A stretch of 64,000 nucleotides of DNA from Patescibacteria group bacterium (GCA_038065315.1 JBBTRF010000001.1:392425-456424); one strand, 5' to 3'; counted from the first letter of the stretch, positions 29,043 to 38,552 are shown. Made by a program: numbers and translations. The notes: a model not told the origin generated them from the sequence alone.

Positions 29043-29630
29043 CTACGCAAACAACTTCATCACATACGACGGCAAAAATATCAGCACAGCCGAGTAGGCA
29101 CCTTGGCCGATCAAAGTTCCCAATATAAATCGATCCCTGTCCGTCTTCAATATTCCGCACACATAGGAGATAAGGTCAGCAGGAACAATCGCCAATATAT
29201 TCCACAAGATGACGATAAACAATTCGTTTTTGTCTACCGCCTGCTTGATCCTCTGGATACCTTTTTTGTGCCGCTGTTCGAAAAACGTGTACAGATGAAA
29301 CGAGTCCGAAAAATGATAGATGCACAGCGCAGAAAATAAGATACCCAACAGAGTGAGAATAAAAAGAGGGAGCGGTGGAAAAAAGAGCATGCCAGCGATG
29401 GTGAGGTAGGTGGCCGGGATCAATGTGAAGCCACGCAGGCAACAGAGGGTAAAGTAGCTCAGATAGCTCACAGCTCCAGCGGCAAGCACCGTCGCCAAAT
29501 GGTGCTGAAAGAAGTCCGGCTGGAAAAAATAGGTGTAGAGAATGGTAATCAACGCAGCCGACCAGACCGAGAAGAGCAGATTTCTTAGCACGTGTACATA
29601 AACATGCTTTTTTTGATTCATATTATGCAT
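29043..29630 (-). CDS. DedA/TVP38 family membrane protein
   Basis: Motif VPADLISYVCGILKT and multi-TM topology typical of SNARE-associated/DedA proteins. Confidence 0.65.
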   Translation of the reverse strand: MHNMNQKKHVYVHVLRNLLFSVWSAALITILYTYFFQPDFFQHHLATVLAAGAVSYLSYFTLCCLRGFTLIPATYLTIAGMLFFPPLPLFILTLLGILFSALCIYHFSDSFHLYTFFEQRHKKGIQRIKQAVDKNELFIVILWNILAIVPADLISYVCGILKTDRDRFILGTLIGQGAYSAVLIFLPSYVMKLFA

Positions 29631-30216
29631 AGATCATTAAAAGCGCATAGGTCGCAACCAGATGACTGATGACCAGCGGCCAGAGACTCTTCGACTCTTT
29701 TAACAGGAACCACTGTGCAAGTGCGAAAACAAACAATATCGGGAACATGAGAAATGGAAAACCACCCGGCCGCCAATGCATCGCAGTGAAGACGAGCGCG
29801 GCCAAGCACATGTTGGTTTTCTCGCTCAGACAAAGGCGGAAGAATAGTTCTTCAGAAAAAGCGATGATGATCGGGTACAGAGCGAGTGTCAACATGGATG
29901 GGCGGGCGATACTTCCTTGGATAAACCGCCCGAAAGCTTCGTGGCCCAAATAGGTATCCTTCAGCAAATAAATCACCGCAAAATACAGTACGGAAAAAAG
30001 CATTGTGAGCAAGAATGCTTTTTTGGTGAAATGAAAATAGTGAAAGACATTCTTCCCTATCAGATAGAGACTGATTGCCGAAAGGAGAATTTCTACAATA
30101 ATGACGAACATGGTCTGAGGAGTATAGTATATCCCTCGCGCGACAAATCGGCCAGGAGTATACTTAAACCCATACTCACTAGATAAACAATATGGACAAA
30201 AACCAATCGATCGCAC
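29623..30216 (-). CDS. CPBP (CAAX protease / Abi) family intramembrane metalloprotease; start uncertain
   Basis: Motifs EELFFR (EExxxR), FTAMHW (FxxxH), HLVATYALLM region; multi-TM. Confidence 0.6.
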   Translation of the reverse strand: MRSIGFCPYCLSSEYGFKYTPGRFVARGIYYTPQTMFVIIVEILLSAISLYLIGKNVFHYFHFTKKAFLLTMLFSVLYFAVIYLLKDTYLGHEAFGRFIQGSIARPSMLTLALYPIIIAFSEELFFRLCLSEKTNMCLAALVFTAMHWRPGGFPFLMFPILFVFALAQWFLLKESKSLWPLVISHLVATYALLMIYA

Positions 30217-30659
30217 TTGTCGCAGTCATCGTCGTGGTCGGCCTCTTCTTTTATTTCAATGACGCGCAGGCACCGACCCAGCAGAACACTCAGCAACAGT
30301 CTCAATCTGCCTACACTCCACCGACTGAATCCGCTCCTGCGACACCGACTTCGAAACCGGCTGCGAAGGCCGCAGTCCCAGTCGCGAAGAACACGGTCTC
30401 ATATGCAGGCGGAGCTTTTAGTCCGATGACCCTCAATATTAAAGCTGGCGAGTCGGTAAAGTTTGTCAACAATAGTACCCTCTCGATGTGGGTGATGTCG
30501 GGTCCGGACACTTACCACAGCGAATATCCGTCTTTCAATCAGGAGCGCACTGTCGGCAAGGGCGGCGTATACAACTTCACTTTTGTGACCCCAGGTACCT
30601 ACCAGTATTTCAACAAGAACAATCCTTCAGCAAAGGGGTTGATTGTCGTCACTAAATAA
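30192..30659 (+). CDS. Membrane-anchored cupredoxin-like (beta-sandwich) domain protein
   Basis: N-terminal TM, Pro/Thr-rich linker, then TLNIKAGESVKFVNNS...GTYQYF pattern reminiscent of the cupredoxin fold; copper ligands not evident. Confidence 0.4.
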   Translation: MDKNQSIALVAVIVVVGLFFYFNDAQAPTQQNTQQQSQSAYTPPTESAPATPTSKPAAKAAVPVAKNTVSYAGGAFSPMTLNIKAGESVKFVNNSTLSMWVMSGPDTYHSEYPSFNQERTVGKGGVYNFTFVTPGTYQYFNKNNPSAKGLIVVTK

Positions 30660-30660
30660 A

Positions 30661-30780
30661 CAAAAGGAAAACCGCTTCCGTCTCAGACACGCCGTAAATT
30701 TCTTCTGAAATTTCGGCTCCGCTCGCCGTCGACACGGCTGCGCGAGGTCTTCGCCGGCAAGCGGTTTTCCTTTTGTCCAC
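30661..30780. repeat. Long-range inverted repeat (~21-bp arms separated by ~75 nt) between convergent genes
   Basis: acaaaaggaaaaccgcttccg ... cggcaagcggttttccttttgt. Confidence 0.5.
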
Positions 30781-30781
30781 T

Positions 30782-31474
30782 CTAGCGCCAATCAATCTCC
30801 TTCAAGCCTCTTGACTTCAAGTACACATTAGCTTTGCTGAAGTGCTTGCAACCGAAGAAGCCATCGTACGCGGAAAATGGCGACGGATGTGCCGCTTCGA
30901 GTACTAAATGTTTCGAACGGTCGATTACCGCACCCTTTTTCTTGGCATAGTTGCCCCACAACATAAACACCAGACCTTCGCGTTCGCGCGATAGCGCCGC
31001 CACCGCAGCATCAGTGAATTCTTCCCAACCTTTTCCCTGATGCGAACCAGGAGTGTTGGCACGGACAGTGAGTGTCGCGTTGAGCAATAGCACGCCCTGC
31101 TTCGCCCAACGAGAAATATCACCGCAGGCACCCAGCTCCGGCGCGGTGGCAGCACCAAGATCGGCCAGGATCTCCTTGTATACATTTTTCAACGATGGCG
31201 GCACCACCACCCCTTTGTGCACAGCAAAACACAAGCCATTCGCCTGCCCCGCACCATGGTACGGATCCTGTCCGAGGATCACGACCTTCACTTGGCCGAA
31301 CGGACACAGGTCGAAAGCGCGGAACACATCTTTCGGTGGCGGAAAAATTGCGCCCTTTTTTTGCAAATATTCCTCTCGCACAAAATGCGAAAGCGTCTCG
31401 AAGTACGGCTTAGCGAATTCGCCTGCCAACACCCTCTTCCACGAAGGTTCTATCCGCACAACCGATGCTTCCAT
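30782..31474 (-). CDS. ung: Uracil-DNA glycosylase (family 1)
   Basis: GQDPYH water-activating motif, HPSPFS (HPSPLS-like) C-terminal motif; start at MEASVVRIEPSWKRVL. Confidence 0.85.
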   Translation of the reverse strand: MEASVVRIEPSWKRVLAGEFAKPYFETLSHFVREEYLQKKGAIFPPPKDVFRAFDLCPFGQVKVVILGQDPYHGAGQANGLCFAVHKGVVVPPSLKNVYKEILADLGAATAPELGACGDISRWAKQGVLLLNATLTVRANTPGSHQGKGWEEFTDAAVAALSREREGLVFMLWGNYAKKKGAVIDRSKHLVLEAAHPSPFSAYDGFFGCKHFSKANVYLKSRGLKEIDWR

Positions 31475-31560
31475 ATGGATAGTATAGCGTGTCACCAAAG
31501 AAAAAGCCGCCCGGCCTGTGAAGGCGCGGGCGGCGTGCGAAATCTGCTGAAAACCGGCAA

Positions 31561-32154
31561 TTAGTTGGCAGCGGACTGACGTCGCTGCAGTTCGTTGAGT
31601 TGTTTACGGCGATCCGGCCGCAACGACAGCGGGAGCATTGCCGGAAAACGGGTGGTCAACTCCGCAACAATGAATTCGACTTCCTTTTCGGCGCTGAGAT
31701 GGGTGCCATCGGCTCCGATCAGCGCATGATGTGCGGTGTCGAGTGCGTCGTTGACCATCTTGAGATTCAGCATGCCACCAGCGACCATTGACGGCAGGTC
31801 GATGAACCGGACACTACTGCTAGCGAAGTGGATCTGGAAGAGCGCTTTCGCAAGTGCGAATTTCCCGAGATCCACCACGACGCAGGTGGGGCTTTGCGTG
31901 TGGCGAGACAGCCACTCCAAAAGCATCTTGCTCACCTCCTCAGCCGAGCCGCTGTCGTTGGTCGTGTAGTGATAGAACAGAGCGGAGTCGGGGCGTGATT
32001 TCGGACACAGCACTTCGGCCGCGACCACCGCGACGGCGGTATTGTCAATCGCAAGCAGTTCTTGGCTGGCCGGCTGGATCGTGAGCGCGATGAGCAGCGG
32101 CTTCTGGTGCGTGTAGGAACGGCGCCGCTTGTGAGCGGATAGGTTTTTTGACAT
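31561..32154 (-). CDS. Hypothetical protein (possibly RNase H-like fold)
   Basis: 197-aa ORF, PLLIALTIQPASQELLAIDNTAVAVV resembles the first strand/Asp of RNase H-like resolvases but is not diagnostic. Confidence 0.35.
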   Translation of the reverse strand: MSKNLSAHKRRRSYTHQKPLLIALTIQPASQELLAIDNTAVAVVAAEVLCPKSRPDSALFYHYTTNDSGSAEEVSKMLLEWLSRHTQSPTCVVVDLGKFALAKALFQIHFASSSVRFIDLPSMVAGGMLNLKMVNDALDTAHHALIGADGTHLSAEKEVEFIVAELTTRFPAMLPLSLRPDRRKQLNELQRRQSAAN

Positions 32155-32277
32155 ATGGAGTTTTGACTTTTGTGCAAGATGCCCTGAAATAGATCAGAGC
32201 GAAACGGCCCATATCCTAGCATATTTTGGGTAAAAAGTCAATCAGCGGCCGGCAGCGGAGTCGGATACAATACAGGG

Positions 32278-34560
32278 ATGTTTTTGCAGACCCCTATCAA
32301 CGAATTCCAGCGCCTACTAGAGCCGCAAAGGCGCGCGCTCGCGAAGCTTGGCCTCCGCACCGCCGAAGACCTCCTCTACCACTTCCCCGCACGGTACGGC
32401 GACGTGTCCGAGATGCGCCCGATCGCCAATCTTGCCAAAGGTGAGACTGCGGTGATCTTCGGCCGCATCACCGGACTCAAAACGAGCAAAGGATTTCACA
32501 GTCACATCGCCATGGCCGAAGGGATGATCGAGGACGACACCGGCCGCATCAAAGCCGTATGGTTTAACCAGCCATATCTCGCAAAGATGACTGCCGAAGG
32601 TGCTTTTGTGCGCGTCGAGGGAAAGGTGAGCGAGCGGCGCGAAAGTCTCTATCTCAGCAATCCCAAAATTGAGGTGGTCGCGAAAGTCCCTATCGCGGTC
32701 GGCGATTCCCTTTTTGGATCCGACGGTGAGGCGCACACTTTGTATCCGGTATATCCCGAATCGCGCGGTATCACATCCAATTGGATGTATCATGCGATCC
32801 AACGCATTTTCAAATCCGGCATTTTGGAAACGCTCATCGACCCGCTGCCGACAGTCATCCTCGAAAAATATAATCTGCCCTCGCTCCGCACCGCGCTCAT
32901 CTGGATCCACGCGCCACAGAAAGAGAGCGACGCGCTTGCTGCGCGCAAACGTTTCGCGTTTGAAGAGATCTTTTTCATCCAACTCCAAAAGCAGCGTGAC
33001 CGCAAGCAGTATCAGAAGCTCAACGGTTTTGTCATCGAAAAAACCGAGGCTGAACTCGCCGACTTCATCGGCCGCTTCCCTTTCAAAGCCACCGAGGCGC
33101 AGCACGGCGCGATCCAGACCATCCTCACCGATTTCAAAAGCGGCAAACCCATGTCGCGGCTGTTGGAGGGCGATGTGGGTTCCGGCAAAACCGCCGTGGC
33201 AGCCGCGACCGCCTACGCCATCGTCACCTCCCGCCCCAGCATGCTGAAAGGCGGCAAACGCATCCTGCAAACGTTCGGCAATCTCCAGGTCGCCTACATG
33301 TGCCCCACTGAAATCCTCGCCACACAACACTTCGAGTCGTTCATCAACTATTTCACCCACCTCGGCCTGCAAGTCGGCCTCATCACTGGCTCGGGTTGTC
33401 GAAAATTTCCATCGAAGGTCGCTTCGAACTCGCGCCTCGCCGAGGCCAAGGGCCGACAAAACTGGACTGACATTTCCCGCACCCAACTCCTGAAATGGGT
33501 CGAGAGCGGTGAGATCCCAATCCTCATCGGCACACACGCACTCATTCAAAAGGCGGTGAAGTTCAAACATTTGGCGTACGTCATCATCGACGAACAGCAT
33601 CGCTTCGGCACCTCTCAGCGACAAAAATTGGCGCTGAAAAATGACGCTGCGGTGACGGCGCCGGCCAAAGTCAGCAAGATTGGCGCGCTGACAGCACCGG
33701 CCGCGGCCATCGCTCCACATCTTCTCTCGATGACCGCGACGCCAATCCCTCGAACGCTCGCCCTCACTTTGTATGGCGACCTCGACCTCACCCTGCTCGA
33801 CCAAATGCCAATGGGCCGCAAGCCGATCATCACTGAAATCGTATTGCCGAATGGCCGCGCGGCCGTGTACGAAAAAATCCGCACCGATCTGCAAGCTGGC
33901 CGGCAAGCATATGTGATCTGCCCACGTATCAACGAACCCGATCCCGACAAAGAAGCTGCGGTGAATGCCAAATCCGTGACAGAGGAAGCCAGGCGATTGA
34001 AAGAAAAAGTGTTCCGCGAATACACGCTCGGCATTTTGCACAGCAAGATGACACCGAAAGCGAAAGACGAAGTGATGCTCGATTTCAAAGCGCAGAGGAT
34101 CGACATTCTCTGCGCCACTTCGGTGGTGGAAGTCGGTGTGAATGTGCCAAATGCGACGTCAATCATCATTGAAGGCGGCGAGCGCTTTGGCCTAGCACAA
34201 CTCCACCAGCTACGCGGCCGCGTCATCCGCAGCAATCATCAGGCGTACTGTTATGTATTCGCTGAAAGCAAATCGGAGAAAACCGTGGATCGCCTCAATG
34301 CACTGAAAACCGCCAAGAACGGTTTTGAATTGGCCGAATACGATCTGAAGTTTCGCGGTTCGGGCCAACTGTACGGACATCGCCAATGGGGCATCACCGA
34401 TGTCGCCATGGAAGCATTGCAAAATCTCAAGATGGTCGAAGCCGCGCGCGCCGAGGCCGCGCGGCTCATCGACACCGACGACTCCCTCGCCAACTTCCCC
34501 CTCCTCCGCTCGCAGCTTGCCAAACGCGCTACGGCGGGAGAGAAGATTCACTTTGAGTAG
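32278..34560 (+). CDS. recG: ATP-dependent DNA helicase RecG
   Basis: 760 aa; wedge domain, helicase motifs GDVGSGKT (I), DEQHRFG (II), TATPIPRT, HQLRGRVIR (VI); ends in a strong promoter-proximal gap. Confidence 0.9.
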   Translation: MFLQTPINEFQRLLEPQRRALAKLGLRTAEDLLYHFPARYGDVSEMRPIANLAKGETAVIFGRITGLKTSKGFHSHIAMAEGMIEDDTGRIKAVWFNQPYLAKMTAEGAFVRVEGKVSERRESLYLSNPKIEVVAKVPIAVGDSLFGSDGEAHTLYPVYPESRGITSNWMYHAIQRIFKSGILETLIDPLPTVILEKYNLPSLRTALIWIHAPQKESDALAARKRFAFEEIFFIQLQKQRDRKQYQKLNGFVIEKTEAELADFIGRFPFKATEAQHGAIQTILTDFKSGKPMSRLLEGDVGSGKTAVAAATAYAIVTSRPSMLKGGKRILQTFGNLQVAYMCPTEILATQHFESFINYFTHLGLQVGLITGSGCRKFPSKVASNSRLAEAKGRQNWTDISRTQLLKWVESGEIPILIGTHALIQKAVKFKHLAYVIIDEQHRFGTSQRQKLALKNDAAVTAPAKVSKIGALTAPAAAIAPHLLSMTATPIPRTLALTLYGDLDLTLLDQMPMGRKPIITEIVLPNGRAAVYEKIRTDLQAGRQAYVICPRINEPDPDKEAAVNAKSVTEEARRLKEKVFREYTLGILHSKMTPKAKDEVMLDFKAQRIDILCATSVVEVGVNVPNATSIIIEGGERFGLAQLHQLRGRVIRSNHQAYCYVFAESKSEKTVDRLNALKTAKNGFELAEYDLKFRGSGQLYGHRQWGITDVAMEALQNLKMVEAARAEAARLIDTDDSLANFPLLRSQLAKRATAGEKIHFE

Positions 34561-34568
34561 CCACAAAG

Positions 34569-34598
34569 TTGACAAACGAAACAGTTTCGCCATATACT
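34569..34598 (+). promoter_or_regulatory. Sigma70-like promoter TTGACA-18-TATACT
   Basis: Consensus hexamers at 34569-34574 and 34593-34598, about 190 nt upstream of the 34792 CDS. Confidence 0.4.
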
Positions 34599-34791
34599 AT
34601 CCAACGTGATACTTACATTCACATCAAAGCATCTCTGGAAGCGATATACCCAGGCTCATTCGAGAGCTGCTTTGTGTGTTGGATCAAGTATGAACTCCTA
34701 GTCTCCCCCATCGGTTTCCAAAATACACAGCAGCCTTCGAGTGAAGGCTGCTTTTGTTCTTTAAAAACCCTCTACACGAAAGGAAATCAGT

Positions 34792-36039
34792 ATGTTCGAA
34801 CATCTGTCTGTTGTCCCCTGCGAAAATATCACCGTCCGGGAACTCGTCGCCCTTGAGCAGGCCGGCCACTGCGTGCGACGTTCCTCCCATGCCGGCAACT
34901 GGAGCCTTTACAAGCTCCTGATGTCTCAAGTCGGATTGCCTGACTGCATCTGGGATGTCACCTGCGTTCACCGCGATGTGAACAATCAGCCTCAGCACCG
35001 CCTGTTGGGTGGAGAAAAGTGGCCGCTTCTTCCACAACTGGGCCCGCTGCGTGCCGAAGACACGACCAAATACCTGACACCGTATCATTGGACCGGCGAG
35101 AATGGCGAGAGGCAAACCCTCTCGCAGTTCCACGTCGCTCCGCTGAAGAAGTTGTATGGCGATCTTGTCACCACTCAATCCCGAGCCTTGCTCGAGCACA
35201 GCGACAAGTTGGCACGAGTCTTCGAGATTGTGCAAACGCATCGTCCAGAACTCCTCGGTCGCTATGTCCTGCCCTGCGGATGCATGGTGAAGCTGGAAAA
35301 CCACGGCGCATTCTTCACCGCAAAATGTGCTCACAATGAAGCACGGGTGAATCGGAAGGAGCTCGCCGCTTCGGCAATGGGCACTCTGGCTGAGCTCGAA
35401 AAGCTCGTTTGGGATTCGCACGGATACGAGCCGAAAGGCGGCACGCTCTACACCTTCGAGTTGGTGGTGGCGAGCTTCTATCTTTGGGCTCACTGGCAGT
35501 TTGGCGACAAGACCATCTACGAACTCTCCGGTCCCGACATGATCGGATACGCCACGAAGCCACCCTTCATCCAGAGCATTCAGAAAGTGCTGGAGCTGAT
35601 CGGAAAGCATGCACCCGACTTGGTCCCCAAAAGGATCGAGGCAAAAATCGTGCCGGTGACACTCTTCCGTTTCGGATACCCGCAACAATGCGAAATATCC
35701 AGGGCGGTGATGTCCGCGCACGAAGCGATTCGTGACATACAGGCAGTGAAAAGAAAGAGTCTTGGGACACAAGACATTCATGATGCCTGCGACGCGGCGA
35801 TTCGAGGCATCTTGCCAATCGTCCGAGAGCACGGAAAAAAGTGGGACCTGTTCCACGATCCGAGCAAGGACGCCTTCTTCTCCCAACATGACCTCGCGGC
35901 CATGGGCGGAGAGATGCAGATCTGCGACGGGTATCTCGACGTGCCGTTTAGCACGATGAGAACGCTCTTGGCGACCATGCCGGAGAAGGAGCGCCAGCTC
36001 TATCGGAAATTGTTCGAACAGAAGCAGAGGACACCTTGA
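34792..36039 (+). CDS. Hypothetical protein (415 aa)
   Basis: Plus-strand ORF with AGGAAA RBS 8 nt upstream and protein-like composition; the overlapping minus ORF 34684..35889 is Cys/Trp/His-rich noise. Confidence 0.45.
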   Translation: MFEHLSVVPCENITVRELVALEQAGHCVRRSSHAGNWSLYKLLMSQVGLPDCIWDVTCVHRDVNNQPQHRLLGGEKWPLLPQLGPLRAEDTTKYLTPYHWTGENGERQTLSQFHVAPLKKLYGDLVTTQSRALLEHSDKLARVFEIVQTHRPELLGRYVLPCGCMVKLENHGAFFTAKCAHNEARVNRKELAASAMGTLAELEKLVWDSHGYEPKGGTLYTFELVVASFYLWAHWQFGDKTIYELSGPDMIGYATKPPFIQSIQKVLELIGKHAPDLVPKRIEAKIVPVTLFRFGYPQQCEISRAVMSAHEAIRDIQAVKRKSLGTQDIHDACDAAIRGILPIVREHGKKWDLFHDPSKDAFFSQHDLAAMGGEMQICDGYLDVPFSTMRTLLATMPEKERQLYRKLFEQKQRTP

Positions 36040-36140
36040 TCCTTTCGGTGTAGCAAGGGTGCGGCGAGCTCACACTCGCCGTCATTTTCCTGGATTTGAC
36101 TGAAGATATCCAATCGAATCCGGAAAGATGACGAAGTGAT

Positions 36141-37097
36141 ATGATAAAAAAACAAATGAAAATAATCGACATGCACCAGGACCTGATGCTGTATGTTTCT
36201 CGTCCTGAACTATACAAAGACAAGCACAAACAAACCAGCTTCGAGCAGATCAAGAAAAACGGTCTCAAGGTAGTGGTCGCTTCGGTATTTGTCGTGCCCA
36301 AAAAGGAAAATTATCTCGATCCTTCAGCAAACACGCTTATGGAGAAAAGTTTGCAGGCTTATGCGGCCTATTGCGCGGAACATCCTGAATTTATAATCAT
36401 CAAAGATCGAAAAGATTTGAAAAAAGTTCTGGCAACCTATGGACTGTACGGCCTCGTCCTTCATATAGAAGGCCTCAACGTATTCGATGCGAAGAACGGT
36501 TGGAAAATGCTCGAGCACTTCTACGCCCTCGGCCTCCGCTCCATCGGCCCGATGTGGAATATCAACAATCCCTTTGGCGGCGGCACTCTCGACCGAGAAA
36601 GAGGGCTCACGGCGCTTGGCAAGAAACTCATCGCTTGGTGCGAAAAAAGAGGAGTCATTTTCGACTGTGCCCATATGAACGAAAAGACCTTCTGGGATGC
36701 GGTGAAAATAACCACGAAGCCCATCATGGTGAGCCACGGCAACTCCCGAGCGGTGCTCGATCATGTTCGAAATTATAGCGACCGACAACTTGAGCATATC
36801 GCCAAGACCAATGGGGTGATCGGTATCTTTTTCTCAAAGAAATTTCTGTCCGGTGAAAAGCGAGCGACGATGAAGACCGTTGGAGCACACATTGATCACT
36901 TCGTGCACATTGCCGGAGAAAATTCGATCGCGATTGGTTCAGATTTCGGCGGTATCATTTCTGGTTTTCCAGATGGACTTTATTCCGTCGATGATCTGCC
37001 TACGTTTCTAGAAAAAATAAGTAACTCATCAAAAACCCTAGGCGATAAAATGGCATGGAAAAATGCCTTGCGAGTAATACACTCTCACCTATTCTGA
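36141..37097 (+). CDS. Membrane dipeptidase (peptidase family M19)
   Basis: 318 aa; M19 renal-dipeptidase-like motifs (DMHQDL..., HIEG, FDCAHM, SHGNSRAV, GSDFGG). Confidence 0.8.
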   Translation: MIKKQMKIIDMHQDLMLYVSRPELYKDKHKQTSFEQIKKNGLKVVVASVFVVPKKENYLDPSANTLMEKSLQAYAAYCAEHPEFIIIKDRKDLKKVLATYGLYGLVLHIEGLNVFDAKNGWKMLEHFYALGLRSIGPMWNINNPFGGGTLDRERGLTALGKKLIAWCEKRGVIFDCAHMNEKTFWDAVKITTKPIMVSHGNSRAVLDHVRNYSDRQLEHIAKTNGVIGIFFSKKFLSGEKRATMKTVGAHIDHFVHIAGENSIAIGSDFGGIISGFPDGLYSVDDLPTFLEKISNSSKTLGDKMAWKNALRVIHSHLF

Positions 37098-37110
37098 AAT
37101 GATGCTGATG

Positions 37111-37183
37111 TGCGCCCGGAGGGAGTCGAACCCCCGGCCAGGTGTGTATAAGACACCTGCTCTACCAACTGAGCTACGGGCGC
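37111..37183 (-). tRNA. tRNA-Ile (anticodon UAU)
   Basis: Reverse complement GCGCCCGTAGCTCAGTTGGTAGAGCAGGTGTCTTATACACACCTGGCCGGGGGTTCGACTCCCTCCGGGCGCA; anticodon arm GGTGT-CTTATAC-ACACC gives TAT. Confidence 0.8.
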
Positions 37184-37399
37184 AAGTGAGAAGAAAAGAT
37201 CGAGCTCGCTCGAGCTTTCGCTTCGAGTGCAGCGTCCGTATAGTATACGGGCGCAAGTGAGAAATAACGAACGAGTCTACTAGACGTATCATAAAGGAAC
37301 GCGGGACTATCCGCAAACCATCATGAACAAAAGAAAAAACCGCGCCGTCTTGCAACGGCGGGTTTTGAGCGAAGACATGTCGGACAGCAACCTTAGCTG

Positions 37400-37609
37400 C
37401 TACCGATGGGCAACCGCGGTTTCCGCTGAAGCTTGCAGGATCTCTTCCAGACGCTGATTCAAACCCTTGAGCTGGATGGTGCGCCGCTGCTTGGCGCCTG
37501 CCGACCAGGCTTTGAGCAGCTTCGGCGGAACATTCAATCGGCCGATCTCATCACGGACTCGCGCCTCAGGCCAATCAAAATATGGATTCGTTCTCGGAAG
37601 AAAACTCAT
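37400..37609 (-). CDS. Small hypothetical ORF (69 aa) at the distal end of the TA operon
   Basis: 4-nt overlap with the upstream 37606..37962 ORF; no homology; could be spurious in GC-rich DNA. Confidence 0.2.
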   Translation of the reverse strand: MSFLPRTNPYFDWPEARVRDEIGRLNVPPKLLKAWSAGAKQRRTIQLKGLNQRLEEILQASAETAVAHR

Positions 37610-37962
37610 GCCCGCCTCCCTTCGAGTTCGGGCGTCGGCTCCATTCCAGCTCGCATCGGATTGGATCTGGCGGCCAAAGACGAACTCCGCCTGAAACGCG
37701 CATCTTCAGGCAGTTCAGACCTGCGATCGGCAAGCAACCGAAGGCGATAAGTCTGCTGCCAGCGTTCAGCCCGGCTTTTAGGAGTCTGGCGCGTCAGACG
37801 TTCCACCTCATCCATCACTTGATCGGTTCCCCACGCTCCGTAGGGGTTCTTCCTCGGCGGTCTCCTCGTCTTCTTCGTCTTCATATGATTGTGGTGCTGT
37901 GCCCGCCAACAGAGGCAGGTCTTTGCTCCGAACTTTATACAACAAAAACACCCACAAAGCAA

Positions 37963-38229
37963 TTATTTCGAGACGTGTCGATAGGCATCCTTCCGATGAG
38001 TAATCGTGACGATATAGACCATGCGCTTCTTTTGGTCTACCTCGTACACGACACGAAACGGCCAGGCACGGATGGTCCAACAGCCCAGCAGCGGACCTTT
38101 CAGTGCTTTTCCCTGAAACGGATCAGTCTGAAGAAGCTCAAGTACCTTGAGCACCTTTAGTCGCACTGACACGGACAAACTATCGAACTCCCGCTCGGAT
38201 CTTCGTACGAGCAGCACTTGATATGCCAT
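37963..38229 (-). CDS. relE: RelE/ParE-family type II toxin
   Basis: 88 aa; ...RAWPFRVVYEVDQKKRMVYIVTITHRKDAY matches the RelE/StbE C-terminal pattern; downstream of the antitoxin. Confidence 0.7.
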   Translation of the reverse strand: MAYQVLLVRRSEREFDSLSVSVRLKVLKVLELLQTDPFQGKALKGPLLGCWTIRAWPFRVVYEVDQKKRMVYIVTITHRKDAYRHVSK

Positions 38230-38497
38230 GCTTTTTCTTTAGTGAATCGAGAGATACGACCCGGCCGCGCTTTGCCTGGGCGCGTGCCATATATACTTTC
38301 TTCTCGATGTTCGGATCTTCGGAGAGCACGTTGAGCGTCTCGGCCCACGACTCAAACTCATCAGCAGACATGACCACCGCTCGGGCCCGACCATTCTCGG
38401 TCAAGGTAAAATGAACGCCGGGTGTCTGCGTCTTTTCAGCAATAGCAAAAATGTTCTTGCGAGCCTCGGTGATCGAAATGATGCGCGGAATATTCAT
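38180..38497 (-). CDS. yefM: Phd/YefM-family antitoxin
   Basis: MNIPRIISITEARKNIFAIAE...VHFTLTENGRARAVVMSADEFESWAETLNVL (YefM fold signature); 50-nt overlap with the toxin ORF suggests an alternative toxin start. Confidence 0.7.
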   Translation of the reverse strand: MNIPRIISITEARKNIFAIAEKTQTPGVHFTLTENGRARAVVMSADEFESWAETLNVLSEDPNIEKKVYMARAQAKRGRVVSLDSLKKKHGISSAARTKIRAGVR

Positions 38498-38552
38498 ATG
38501 TACATTATAGCGTACATACTCAAACAAAACAAGGCAGCGTCACGACCACAAG

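Noticed and set aside
32317-34041. 574-aa minus-strand ORF inside recG
   Set aside because: Antisense shadow ORF typical of GC-rich coding DNA; recG on the plus strand has all helicase motifs.
34684-35889. 401-aa minus-strand ORF antisense to the 415-aa plus ORF
   Set aside because: Cys/His/Trp-rich, no motifs, no RBS. The plus-strand frame has an AGGAAA RBS and a consensus promoter upstream.
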